Shown: positions 26,528-35,451 of the stretch, one piece after another
Layout of the letters: every line of letters begins with the position of its first letter
Position numbering within the stretch: the stretch's first letter is position 1
Assembly (NCBI GenBank): GCA_028279725.1
Contig: JANQNE010000012.1
Span: 71,348 to 135,347 of the forward strand
Reading direction: 5' to 3'
Length of the DNA: 64,000 nucleotides
DNA from: Candidatus Nanoarchaeia archaeon
Lineage (GTDB): Archaea > Nanobdellota > Nanobdellia > Woesearchaeales > JANQNE01
Made by a program: the position numbers and the translations under genes
Notes under the pieces: generated by a model
Seen by the model: only the letters and a program-made list of their open reading frames with translations
Told to the model about the DNA's origin: nothing
Database searches by the model: none

Positions 26528-26685
26528 CCCCACCCCCGGATTTGAACCAGGAACCTTTCGGTTTTGGCTGGCTCTCTATCATCCCTTGCCTTGATGGCGT
26601 AGTCATAGAGCGCATCTTTGACTAAAAATATCCTATTTGGGTATTTTTAACAGCCGAACGCTCTAGCCGTTGAGCTAGGTGGGGC
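26528..26685 (-). tRNA. tRNA with anticodon GUU (Asn-type) carrying an 85-nt intron (26564..26648) at the canonical 37/38 position
   Basis: Manual fold: acceptor CCCCACC/GGTGGGG, U8 A9, D-arm GCUC-AACGGCUA-GAGC, anticodon stem UUCGG/CCGAA, loop CUGUUA|A, variable loop AGGUU, T-arm CCUGG-UUCAAAU-CCGGG, discriminator A. The stem pairs properly only after the 85 nt are removed. Confidence 0.65.
26534..26559. repeat. Direct repeat 2 (authentic tRNA 3' exon segment) matching 25790..25816
   Basis: cccccggatttgaaccaggaacctt; 18 contiguous identical nt plus the flanking C/G run. Confidence 0.7.
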
Positions 26686-26734
26686 TAAATAGCAGAAAAA
26701 GAAAGCCGTTTAAAAATGTTACGGAAAAATGGCT

Positions 26735-28228
26735 TTAATCTGATGTTTTTGGAACAACCAGGCTGTTGCTCCTTACTACGACTTCTCTGCCTTTTGGTGT
26801 CTTATACTTAACCACTGTAGGCAATAACCTGAAGTTTCCAAGTATTGAAAGCTTAGATTTGATCTCATATTTGATGATCCTCTCTTCGCTTCCTTCAACA
26901 TCCTCAAGCTTCCATTTTACTATCGTCCCTTTTTTCCTGTGCTTAAGGATCTTATTTGGTTTTAATGTTCCTACGTCAAAATTCTGCTTTATGTCAGCAA
27001 TGTGAGGGATCCTGTCTATGACTTCAACATCTTTTATCCTCTTATCGCTTGAGTTCTTAATATTGATAAGAACCTTTATCTCTGATATCCCGCCTTCATC
27101 CACTGAAACATTGGTGAACTTTTTTTCTACGATCAAAGGACTCTTGAAAAGGAAATGCAGAAGTACTGCTATTATTATGAACAGGATAACATAGAACAAA
27201 GGCCTGAAGTTAGTTGATGTTATTATCTGCTTTGATTCTGTCGGATCAAGCTCAACATACCAGCTGATGTATTTCTTCTCATCCTGCTCGAACAGCTGAG
27301 GATCTTCTGAAGAGAATGTGAATAATCTCTGGAACCATGTCTTTTCTAATTTGTATTGCTCTCCTTTTCTTACATTCCCATCATTTGTGAATGTTATTAT
27401 CTTCTTATCTTTAAGGAATGTGTCTTTCTCTATGATATTCTTTGTAAGCTCATCTGTGTAGTCTACGATCCTGAATGTCTTTGCAGCAGGAGTAAATTGA
27501 GTATCATCTGCATAGACAATAGTGTATATCGTGTCTGTTGTAGGTTTTTGAAGAGGATCTACAGGGAAAGGAACTTTGACAGTTTTAGCTTCATTTGGAT
27601 CTAATGTTTCAACTATTGTCTTTTTTCCCAGAAGTTCGCTTTCTATATTAATAGTAAGATTAGTTATGTTCCTGAAGTTGTTGTTTTTTAGAACAACTAA
27701 TAGTTCAACAGGCTCTCTTGGGTCAACTTCCTCTGATATCTGGACTGTTGCTTTTATATCTGGGACATAGACTCCAGTAAGTTCTGAAGTTGAAAGTATG
27801 GTTACAGGAAGAAGAACACTTACTTTCTCATCTCCTGATGTTATTACAGATTCTATAATATACGAGCCGACACCTGTCGTGTCCCTTGGCTTGATTATAA
27901 CTGTTGTCGTATCTGAACTGGTTCCGCTAACTTCCATACCTGTGAGGCCGTGGTATATCGGATCAGTCCTTATAGGAAGCCATTCTCCTGTGTTTGCAAA
28001 ATCAAGATCATAGTCTGAACTGTTGATCAGATTATTTGTTATAGTTATCTGGAATTCTGCTTTCTCTCCAAGATATAATGATCCTTTTATGGTATCAAAT
28101 TCAACCTTGAAGGAATTGCTTTCACTTGTAGCTTCTCCTGATGATGGATGAGAAACTATAGCTGCAGATGTAAAAACTGCAAAAAGCAGAACAAAAAATA
28201 CTGAAAATAATGTTAATTTATTTTTCAT
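26735..28228 (-). CDS. Large extracellular protein with a signal peptide and one internal TM helix (surface protein)
   Basis: Signal LTLFSVFFVLLFAVFTSAA and a TM RPLFYVILFIIIAVLLHFLF around residue 340. The rest is beta-rich. Confidence 0.55.
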   Translation of the reverse strand: MKNKLTLFSVFFVLLFAVFTSAAIVSHPSSGEATSESNSFKVEFDTIKGSLYLGEKAEFQITITNNLINSSDYDLDFANTGEWLPIRTDPIYHGLTGMEVSGTSSDTTTVIIKPRDTTGVGSYIIESVITSGDEKVSVLLPVTILSTSELTGVYVPDIKATVQISEEVDPREPVELLVVLKNNNFRNITNLTINIESELLGKKTIVETLDPNEAKTVKVPFPVDPLQKPTTDTIYTIVYADDTQFTPAAKTFRIVDYTDELTKNIIEKDTFLKDKKIITFTNDGNVRKGEQYKLEKTWFQRLFTFSSEDPQLFEQDEKKYISWYVELDPTESKQIITSTNFRPLFYVILFIIIAVLLHFLFKSPLIVEKKFTNVSVDEGGISEIKVLINIKNSSDKRIKDVEVIDRIPHIADIKQNFDVGTLKPNKILKHRKKGTIVKWKLEDVEGSEERIIKYEIKSKLSILGNFRLLPTVVKYKTPKGREVVVRSNSLVVPKTSD

Positions 28229-28262
28229 GCCTCACACCTCTTAACACTAAGATTGAGGTTGA

Positions 28263-29027
28263 TTACTTTATAAAAGTTTCGATTTGTCTGCTGAAGTGGT
28301 CGTAGAGCTCTACAGCTGTCGGCTGGCCATCAGCAGAGCCTTTTCCTTCTCTGTATGGTCCGAAAGTGAAGTAGTTGTTCATGTTTTTCCTTGTGTAATC
28401 AGCAGCAGCTTTTATCAAAGCAGGGTCTTTGGTTATGCTCAATCCTGTGAAATCGTCCTTTACACGATCAACTACGCTTCCCATCAGATGGATGTCCTCC
28501 AGACCTTCAGCTTTTACTGCAGCCTTATAGATAACTTCGAAATCCTTGAAAAGTTTTCCTACTTCTTTTAATTCTCCTACTAAGTTTACAAGGTTTGGAG
28601 TTTTTTTCAGGTCATGGGCTGATATGATGACCTTTGTGCTGTTATCCTTTTTATGGGATCTTATGTTGTTCAACATATCTACAAGGCGATATAGTTCATC
28701 CTGAGGTGTTGAATGCTCTGCATCAATACCCCATGCTCCTTTTAATGCTGCATATGCCAAATTATCCATCCTTTCTTCGTCAGTCCTGTAAAATCCTTTT
28801 TCGCATCTTCCTTCTCCTTCTCTTCTGTCTGTAACCAAAGAACCTTTTTCTGAATGGCCTAATAGTGAATCTATGTCCGGATAGCTTAGCCTTTCTTTTG
28901 GAGAATCTATCCTTTGTTCGAATAAGTAGAACTTATCCGGAATATTTTCTAATGCTTCGTCCATATTTCTTTTCATCATATCTACTGTATCTCCCATTAT
29001 GGGCACTATTATCAATGGTATTTTCAT
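28263..29027 (-). CDS. aroD: 3-dehydroquinate dehydratase, type I
   Basis: Co-linear AroD motifs: KIPLIIVPI (KIIVSL), YLFEQRID (ILEWRVD), LVTDRREGEG (FTFRSAKEGG), VIISAHDLKKTPN (VVMSNHDFHKTPE). Confidence 0.7.
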   Translation of the reverse strand: MKIPLIIVPIMGDTVDMMKRNMDEALENIPDKFYLFEQRIDSPKERLSYPDIDSLLGHSEKGSLVTDRREGEGRCEKGFYRTDEERMDNLAYAALKGAWGIDAEHSTPQDELYRLVDMLNNIRSHKKDNSTKVIISAHDLKKTPNLVNLVGELKEVGKLFKDFEVIYKAAVKAEGLEDIHLMGSVVDRVKDDFTGLSITKDPALIKAAADYTRKNMNNYFTFGPYREGKGSADGQPTAVELYDHFSRQIETFIK

Positions 29028-31498
29028 GTTATTACCTCGCTTGTGTGCTCGTTTTTTGAGATCTTTATAACATTATCTACAAATGATTCTATCTTTGATT
29101 CGTGTGAGACTAATATGATCTGTCTTGATTCCAGTTCATCTAATACATCCCTTACTTTATCTAATTGTTCTGATGAGAACCCATCTGTGGGCTCGTCTAA
29201 GATGATGAGATCTTTTGTGTTTATTGTGCTTACTATATTATTAACTACTTTGTTTAAGGATAATCTATATGCTAAAGCTGCTGATGTACGCTCTCCTCCT
29301 GAAAGGTTCTCAATAGATGTTTCGTAGCCGTTCTGTTCTATTACAGGTGTTAAAGTTTCATCTAGTCTTGAAGAGATAGTTTCTTCTTCTATCAGTTTGT
29401 TGAACCAGTCTCTGAATAATGCGTCGAATTGGGAGTATACGCTGAACATGACATGTTTTTCCATAACTGACATCAAAGAGATGAAGTAGTTTTCAAGCCA
29501 GTTCTGCATCTGTGATATGTTTTGTATCTTTTCTTTTGATTCCTGTTTTTCTTTTATCTCCTGAGTTAAAGATGAGATTAGTTTTTCTATATTCTCTATC
29601 TCTTTTTTGAACTCTGCGATCCTGACTTCAATCCCTTTTTCTTTATTTAACTGCTCTTCTACAATTGTTATATGTCTTCTGTATCTTGGCTCTATGTTGT
29701 CAAATTCTTTAAGGTTGTTTTTCATGTCTTTCAGGTCTTTTTCTGATTCTGTGATCAGATCTGAGGTTGCTGTGAACTCGTTGTGGAGCTTTTGCCTTTG
29801 GGATTCCTTGTCTTTTACAGAGGAAGAGATGTAGTTCTTCTCTTTTTCTTTTATCTTGTTGTCTCTTATGACGTATAGCAGTTTTTTGAAATTTGCTATA
29901 GTCTTTTCAAGTGTTTTTGTGTCTGTGTTTTCTAGGTCTTTTGTCCTTTCTTCTAGCTTTTTTACAGTCTCTAAAGATAAGTTGAACGCTTTCTTTGATT
30001 CTACAAGGTCTTTTGTGTCTTCTTCAAGTTTTTGTATGTCTGAATTTAGAAGATTTATTGTGTTTTGCTTTTCTTGCAGGTCTTTTTGTTTTGTCTTTTG
30101 ATCTTTGATGAGTTTTTCTTTAATGTCTTTCAGTTTAGTTAATTCATTGAGCTCTGAATCGTTTGATTTTATCTTTAAGTTTTCTTCTTCTGTTATCTTT
30201 GACCTGTGAGTTTTATCAACTTCCTGGAGGCATGTCGGGCAGCTGTCCAGTCTTTTTATCTTTTCGATTATATTCTTTGAGTTGTCTATGTGGATCTTTT
30301 TCCTGTTTATGTCTGTTGTTATCTTTGTTATTTGGTCTAGTGTGGTGTCTATCTGTTTTTCTATGTCTTTTAAGCTTTTTATCTCTTCTGAGAGTTTTGC
30401 AGACTGTGATCTTTTTAGTATGAGAAGCTCTGATTTCTTTGTCTTTTCTTCCACCTGGGTTTTTTGTATGTTTAGATTGTTTTTTGTGTTGTCTAATCTT
30501 TCTTTTGTGAGTTCAAGGTCTTTTATTATTCCGTTGAGCTTTCCTTCTTTGTCTTTTATGTCTTCTTCTAATTGTTCTTCTGTCTTTAACGGAGCTTGTG
30601 TAAGTCTTATAGTGGAGAATTTTTGGTGCAGTTTTTTTATCTGGTCATCTAACTCTTTGATCTCTTTTACGATGAGTGTTCTTCTTAGTTTTTTTTCCTC
30701 TACTGTCTTTTCTGTGTGCTCTATGTCTTTCTTTATGTTGTTGTATCTGTGTAGCTTGTTTTCAAGCTCTCTAAGTCTTGCTTTCTTTTGTGCTGTTTCT
30801 GATGATGTGTTTTTGAGAGATTCCTGCATCCCTTCTAAGGAGTTTTTCATCTCATGGATATCTTTGCTGAGCTTTTCCTTATCTGCTGTCTTTTCGTTTA
30901 ATCCTATCGTGTGTCCTTCAAGCTTGCTTTTTTTCTCTTTTAGGTCTTTCAATAGGATTGATGAGTTTTCTTTTATTCTTTTGTACCTGTCTATGCCAAA
31001 GACTTTTCTTAATGTGTCCAGCCTGTTTGCAGAGTCATCTAACAATATCTGTTTCATCTCTTCCTGGGGAGTGTAGACTGTGTATCTGTAGATAAGATCT
31101 TTTTTTGTGAGCAGTTCTTTTGGATATCCTAGAATAGTAAGGATGAAATCTTTCAGCTCAACTGGAGTGAGCTCTTTTTTCTTTTTGTCTACTATGATAT
31201 AACCTGATGTCTGTGTGATGGTGTCTTTCTGTCTTTTTAGAGTACGTTTTATTATGTAGTCTTTGTCTTTTATCGAAAATTTCAATTCTACAGAGCCTTC
31301 TTTTTTTCCGTTTCTTAGCATTGAGTTTCCTCCTAATGATTTTCTTTTCAATCCGAACAATGCGAATTCTATAGCTAAGAGGATAGAAGATTTTCCTGAA
31401 CCGATGTCTCCGCTTAGAAGTGTTGATCCTTCTGGAAACTCGACAGTTTCAGATGTATAGCTACGGATATTTTGGAGCTTTAAAGATCGGATAATCAT
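29024..31498 (-). CDS. rad50: Rad50/SbcC-type SMC-like DNA repair ATPase
   Basis: Walker A LLSGDIGSGKSSIL, zinc-hook CPTC within long coiled coils, signature LSGGERTSAALAYRLSL, and Walker B LIILDEPTDGFS. Confidence 0.85.
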   Translation of the reverse strand: MIIRSLKLQNIRSYTSETVEFPEGSTLLSGDIGSGKSSILLAIEFALFGLKRKSLGGNSMLRNGKKEGSVELKFSIKDKDYIIKRTLKRQKDTITQTSGYIIVDKKKKELTPVELKDFILTILGYPKELLTKKDLIYRYTVYTPQEEMKQILLDDSANRLDTLRKVFGIDRYKRIKENSSILLKDLKEKKSKLEGHTIGLNEKTADKEKLSKDIHEMKNSLEGMQESLKNTSSETAQKKARLRELENKLHRYNNIKKDIEHTEKTVEEKKLRRTLIVKEIKELDDQIKKLHQKFSTIRLTQAPLKTEEQLEEDIKDKEGKLNGIIKDLELTKERLDNTKNNLNIQKTQVEEKTKKSELLILKRSQSAKLSEEIKSLKDIEKQIDTTLDQITKITTDINRKKIHIDNSKNIIEKIKRLDSCPTCLQEVDKTHRSKITEEENLKIKSNDSELNELTKLKDIKEKLIKDQKTKQKDLQEKQNTINLLNSDIQKLEEDTKDLVESKKAFNLSLETVKKLEERTKDLENTDTKTLEKTIANFKKLLYVIRDNKIKEKEKNYISSSVKDKESQRQKLHNEFTATSDLITESEKDLKDMKNNLKEFDNIEPRYRRHITIVEEQLNKEKGIEVRIAEFKKEIENIEKLISSLTQEIKEKQESKEKIQNISQMQNWLENYFISLMSVMEKHVMFSVYSQFDALFRDWFNKLIEEETISSRLDETLTPVIEQNGYETSIENLSGGERTSAALAYRLSLNKVVNNIVSTINTKDLIILDEPTDGFSSEQLDKVRDVLDELESRQIILVSHESKIESFVDNVIKISKNEHTSEVIT

Positions 31499-31549
31499 AT
31501 CGCTCTAGAAGGATAATTGATATAAAAAAGTGTTGTCGTATCTGATCGG

Positions 31550-33949
31550 TTACTTCTTCTCCTGTTCAAGGATCTTTAAGGTTGTCTTTATGACTGTGTC
31601 TGGGTTTAGGCTTATCGAGTCGATACCCTGGGTTACTAAGAACTGTGCGAAATCAGGGAAATCAGAAGGAGCCTGGCCGCATATGCCTATCTTTCTTTTT
31701 GCTTTTTTTGCTTTGTGTATGACTAATGCGATGAGTTTCTTTACTGCTGCGTTTCTTTCATCGTAAACATGAGAGACTAGTTCTGAATCACGGTCTAAGC
31801 CTAAAGTTAACTGTGTTAAGTCGTTTGATCCTATGCTGAATCCGTCGAATATCTTTGCGAATTCTTCTGCAAGTATCACGTTTGAAGGTATCTCGCACAT
31901 CACATAGACTTCAAGCTTGTTCTTTCCTCTCTGAAGGCCTTGTTTTTTCATCTCTGCCAGGACTGCTTTTCCTTCTTCTATCGTCCTGCAGAAAGGTATC
32001 ATCAGCTTTACGTTTGTAAGGCCCATCTCTTCCCTTACTTTTTTCATAGCTTTGCATTCTAATGCGAATCCGTCCTTGTAGTTTTGATCATAGTATCTTG
32101 AAGCTCCACGCCAGCCTATCATAGGGTTATCTTCTGTAGGCTCGAACTCTTTTCCTCCGATCAGGTTTGCGTATTCGTTTGATTTGAAATCTGACATACG
32201 GACTATAACGTCTTTTGGATAGAATGCTGCTGCTATTGTTGCAACTCCTTGTGCAAGCTTGTCTATGAAGAACTGTGTCTTGTCCTTGTATCCTTTTGTA
32301 AGCAGTTCTATCTTTTCTTTTGCAGCTTTGTCTTTTAGCTTGTTGAAGTTTATGAGAGCTCTTGGGTGTATTCTGATATAATCATTGATTATGAACTCTT
32401 CTCTTGCCAATCCCACTCCATCGTTAGGTATGAAGGAGAACTCAAATGCTTTGTCTGGGTTTGCAACGTTCATCATGACTTTTGTCCTTGGCCTTTTTAG
32501 TTTCTTTAGATTATGCTTTTCTATCTCATATTTTAGAAGGCCTTTGTAGACAAATCCTTCTTCTCCTTCTGCGCATGAGATAGTTACTGGTGCTCCTTGT
32601 TTTAGGACGTCTGTTCCTTTGTTAGTTCCCACGACGCATGGAATCCCCAGTTCTCTGCTTACTATAGCTGCATGGCATGTTCTTCCGCCTCTGTTTGTGA
32701 CAATTGCCGAAGCGATCTTCATTATAGGCTCCCAGTCCGGGTCTGTCATATCTGTTACAAGAACTTCTCCTTTCCTGAACTTTTCTATCTGGTGGGCATT
32801 TTTGATTATGTTTACTTTTCCTGAGCCTATCTTTGTTCCTACCGCATTTCCTTTTACTAATACCTGGCTTCTTTGCCTTAGCTTGTACTCTTCAAGAACT
32901 GATTTGTCTTTTTGTGAGACTACTGTTTCTGGACGAGCCTGGACTATGAATAACTGGTTTGTTTTTCCGTCTTTTGCCCACTCCATGTCCATAGGCTTGA
33001 AATATTTCGCTTTTTTTGAATAGTGCTCTTCTATTATGACTGCCCATCTTGCTAAAGTCAGGATCTCGTCTTCTGAGATTGAAAATTTTTCTCTGTCTGG
33101 AGGAGGAGTCGGTATGTTTTTTGTAGGCTTGTTTGAATCCTGGGTGTAGATCATCTTGATTGATTTATCACCAAGCTTTTTCATCAAGATAGGACGCTTG
33201 TTCTGTTTTAGGGTCGGCTTGAATACATAGAACTGGTCGGGGTTTACTGCGCCCTGGACAACATTCTCTCCTAAGCCGTATGCTCCTGTTATATATACTA
33301 CATCTTTGAATCCTGATTCTGTGTCTATCGAAAACATAACTCCTGAAGATGCTATGTCTGAACGGACCATCTTCTGGACTCCTATGGAGAGTGCAATCTT
33401 GAAATGGTCGAAGCCTTTGTCTTCCCTGTATGATATCGCCCTGTTTGTGAATAATGATGCGAAGCAGCGTTTGCATGATTCTATCAAGGATGAATCTCCT
33501 CTGATGTTCAGATATGTTTCCTGCTGGCCTGCAAAAGAAGCATCTGGGAGGTCTTCAGCTGTTGCTGATGATCTTACTGCAACATCTGTGTTCTTTCCGT
33601 ATTCTCCGCACATCTGTCTGTATGCTTTTTTTATCTCTTCTTTAAGTTCTTCAGGAAAGTCTGCATTAAGGATAAGCTCTCTAACTTTTCTTCCTCTTTC
33701 CTGAAGATTCTTTATGTTTTTTGTGTTAAGATCACTTAGAACCTGTTTTATCTTATCTTTTATCCCTGCTTTTATTATGAAATACCTGTAAGCATGAGCT
33801 GTAACTGCGAAACCATTCGGTATGTTGACTTTCTTTTTTGTCAGATTCCTGTACATCTCTCCAAGAGAAGCGTTCTTTCCGCCAACATACGGGACATCAT
33901 CTATCTCAAGATCTTTAAACCATAGAATAAACTGCTTATCTTTCTTCAA
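31550..33949 (-). CDS. ppsA: Phosphoenolpyruvate synthase (pyruvate, water dikinase)
   Basis: N-terminus ILWFKDLEIDDVPYVGGKNASLGEM, the phospho-His mobile domain GGRTCHAAIVSRELGIPCVVG, and a C-terminal PEP-utilising TIM barrel. About 800 aa. Confidence 0.9.
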   Translation of the reverse strand: MKKDKQFILWFKDLEIDDVPYVGGKNASLGEMYRNLTKKKVNIPNGFAVTAHAYRYFIIKAGIKDKIKQVLSDLNTKNIKNLQERGRKVRELILNADFPEELKEEIKKAYRQMCGEYGKNTDVAVRSSATAEDLPDASFAGQQETYLNIRGDSSLIESCKRCFASLFTNRAISYREDKGFDHFKIALSIGVQKMVRSDIASSGVMFSIDTESGFKDVVYITGAYGLGENVVQGAVNPDQFYVFKPTLKQNKRPILMKKLGDKSIKMIYTQDSNKPTKNIPTPPPDREKFSISEDEILTLARWAVIIEEHYSKKAKYFKPMDMEWAKDGKTNQLFIVQARPETVVSQKDKSVLEEYKLRQRSQVLVKGNAVGTKIGSGKVNIIKNAHQIEKFRKGEVLVTDMTDPDWEPIMKIASAIVTNRGGRTCHAAIVSRELGIPCVVGTNKGTDVLKQGAPVTISCAEGEEGFVYKGLLKYEIEKHNLKKLKRPRTKVMMNVANPDKAFEFSFIPNDGVGLAREEFIINDYIRIHPRALINFNKLKDKAAKEKIELLTKGYKDKTQFFIDKLAQGVATIAAAFYPKDVIVRMSDFKSNEYANLIGGKEFEPTEDNPMIGWRGASRYYDQNYKDGFALECKAMKKVREEMGLTNVKLMIPFCRTIEEGKAVLAEMKKQGLQRGKNKLEVYVMCEIPSNVILAEEFAKIFDGFSIGSNDLTQLTLGLDRDSELVSHVYDERNAAVKKLIALVIHKAKKAKRKIGICGQAPSDFPDFAQFLVTQGIDSISLNPDTVIKTTLKILEQEKK

Positions 33950-34064
33950 TCTAACACCTCTTTATGGAAATATTTGGTGTCTGAGTATATAAATGTTATT
34001 GTTAACGCAGTTTTCTGGGAAAGATTTATAAATGAACTGCGATTGACAAGGTACAGATAGTATT
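33950..34064. promoter_or_regulatory. Divergent AT-rich promoter region with TATA-like boxes between ppsA and the downstream dehydrogenase gene
   Basis: tatataaa at about 33987 and tttataaa at about 34026, lying between divergently oriented genes. Confidence 0.3.
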
Positions 34065-34112
34065 TTGTATATAGGAACTTCTAAGTCCTTTTCGAATGCA
34101 ATCGTTAATAAA

Positions 34113-35126
34113 ATGAAAATTGGTATATTAAAAGAAATCAATAGGAATGAGAAAAGAGTAGTTTTGAGGCCTAAGGAAGTTGGAGAATTGGTTAAAAGAG
34201 GGAATACTGTCTATGTCGAGACTAAAGCAGGTGTAGGTGTTGGTTTTTCTGATAAAGATTATGAAAACAGAGGGGCTAAGATAAGAGATTGTGATTTTGT
34301 TTATAGAAATTCTGACATGCTGCTGAAATTAAGATCTCCGACAGATTCTGAATTCAAGAAGATAAAGAACAAGATACTGTTTTCAATGCTTCATACTGGC
34401 CAGAATCCTAAGAGGGTAGGGTTTATCAAAGAGAACAAGATAAAAGCTGTTGAGATGGAATCAGTAAAGAATGAGTTTAATGAAAGATATGTTGATGCGA
34501 CTGATATAACTGGAGAAGCTGGTGTACTTTATGCTACAAGATTTTTGCAGAAGATCCCTGAAGAGACAAATGTGCTTGTTCTAGGATATGGAAGAGTCGG
34601 GTCAGGAGCGATAACAATGTGCAACAAGCTTGGTATGAATGTCAAAATACTGAGAAAAAGCGAGTATGATAATATTGAGCATTTTATGAAAGGAAAAGAT
34701 ATACTTGTGAATGCAATAGCATGGCCTGATGAAGAAAGACTGAAGAAGAACTATCTTGTCACAAGAGATATGCTGAAGCGTCTGAACAAAGGAGCTATTG
34801 TCCTTGATCTTTCTGTAGACTATCCTAATCCTGTAGAGACATGCAAGCCTACTACACTTACAAAGCCCTGGTTTGAGCTTGACGGAATAATACATATCAG
34901 TATATATGGCTATCCTGGATTAGTTCCTGTGTCTTCTGTAAACAGATACAGCAAGCAGATACTTCCTTTGGTAGCAGAGATTGCTGGAAATGAAGGACTT
35001 GAAAGGATCGAAGAGATAAGCCAGGCTGGAAAACATATATATGAAGCAACAATATTTCCTACTGAAAAAGAGAAGAAGTTTGTTGAGGAGAAAGTAAGCG
35101 AAGAAGGAGCTGCTTACGGAAAATAA
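34113..35126 (+). CDS. Alanine dehydrogenase/PNT-family NAD(P)-dependent dehydrogenase (AlaDH / carboxyethyl-ornithine synthase / saccharopine-DH-like)
   Basis: N-domain MKIGILKEINRNEKRVVLRPKEVGELVKRG, and Rossmann VLVLGYGRVGSGAITMCNKLGMNV. The start was set at the internal Met. Confidence 0.6.
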   Translation: MKIGILKEINRNEKRVVLRPKEVGELVKRGNTVYVETKAGVGVGFSDKDYENRGAKIRDCDFVYRNSDMLLKLRSPTDSEFKKIKNKILFSMLHTGQNPKRVGFIKENKIKAVEMESVKNEFNERYVDATDITGEAGVLYATRFLQKIPEETNVLVLGYGRVGSGAITMCNKLGMNVKILRKSEYDNIEHFMKGKDILVNAIAWPDEERLKKNYLVTRDMLKRLNKGAIVLDLSVDYPNPVETCKPTTLTKPWFELDGIIHISIYGYPGLVPVSSVNRYSKQILPLVAEIAGNEGLERIEEISQAGKHIYEATIFPTEKEKKFVEEKVSEEGAAYGK

Positions 35127-35179
35127 AATCCTTTCTAAATTAGAAATATTTTTATATGATTGATCCATAAATTTACCTG

Positions 35180-35443
35180 GTGATAAATATGTTTGGCATT
35201 AAAGATGGAAAGATAGAAATAAAATTAAAAGATATTAAAGAAAAATTAGAGGATATCAATAAAAATAAAATCGGCACTGATTTTGGAGCTGAAAACATCC
35301 CTGGTGCTGTGGCTTTAGAAATTAAACAAGAAATTGATGAAATAATCAATGAATTAAAAGGGGTTATTAATTTATCTCACAAACTGCATGGAATGGTAAA
35401 GAAAGAAGAAGAAATTCAAAGGATTATTGATGCAAATATATAA
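35180..35443 (+). CDS. Small hypothetical protein (87 aa) immediately upstream of an ATP-grasp gene
   Basis: No family recognised; acidic C-terminus ...KKEEEIQRIIDANI. There is a 9-nt gap to the ATP-grasp gene. Confidence 0.35.
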   Translation: MINMFGIKDGKIEIKLKDIKEKLEDINKNKIGTDFGAENIPGAVALEIKQEIDEIINELKGVINLSHKLHGMVKKEEEIQRIIDANI

Positions 35444-35451
35444 GGATAAAT

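Noticed and set aside
25815-26615. The full-length 266-aa ORF-track version of the LAGLIDADG gene
   Set aside because: Its first ~61 codons (MRSMTTPSRQGMIESQPKPKGSWFKSGGGDSPGG...) are the reverse-strand translation of the tRNA 3' exon and repeat. The likely start is the internal Met at 26432.
28263-29027. Possible Mre11 nuclease downstream of rad50
   Set aside because: It has no DxH / GDxxD / GNHE phosphoesterase motifs. Instead it shows co-linear type-I dehydroquinate dehydratase motifs, so it is called aroD.
29043-31460. Numerous plus-strand ORFs of 60-264 aa inside rad50 (for example 30282..31076), and similar antisense ORFs inside the histidine-kinase, giant-protein, GGR and ppsA genes
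   Set aside because: They are low-complexity and Ser/Phe/Leu-rich, as expected from the antisense strand of AT-rich coding DNA. They overlap well-supported genes completely.
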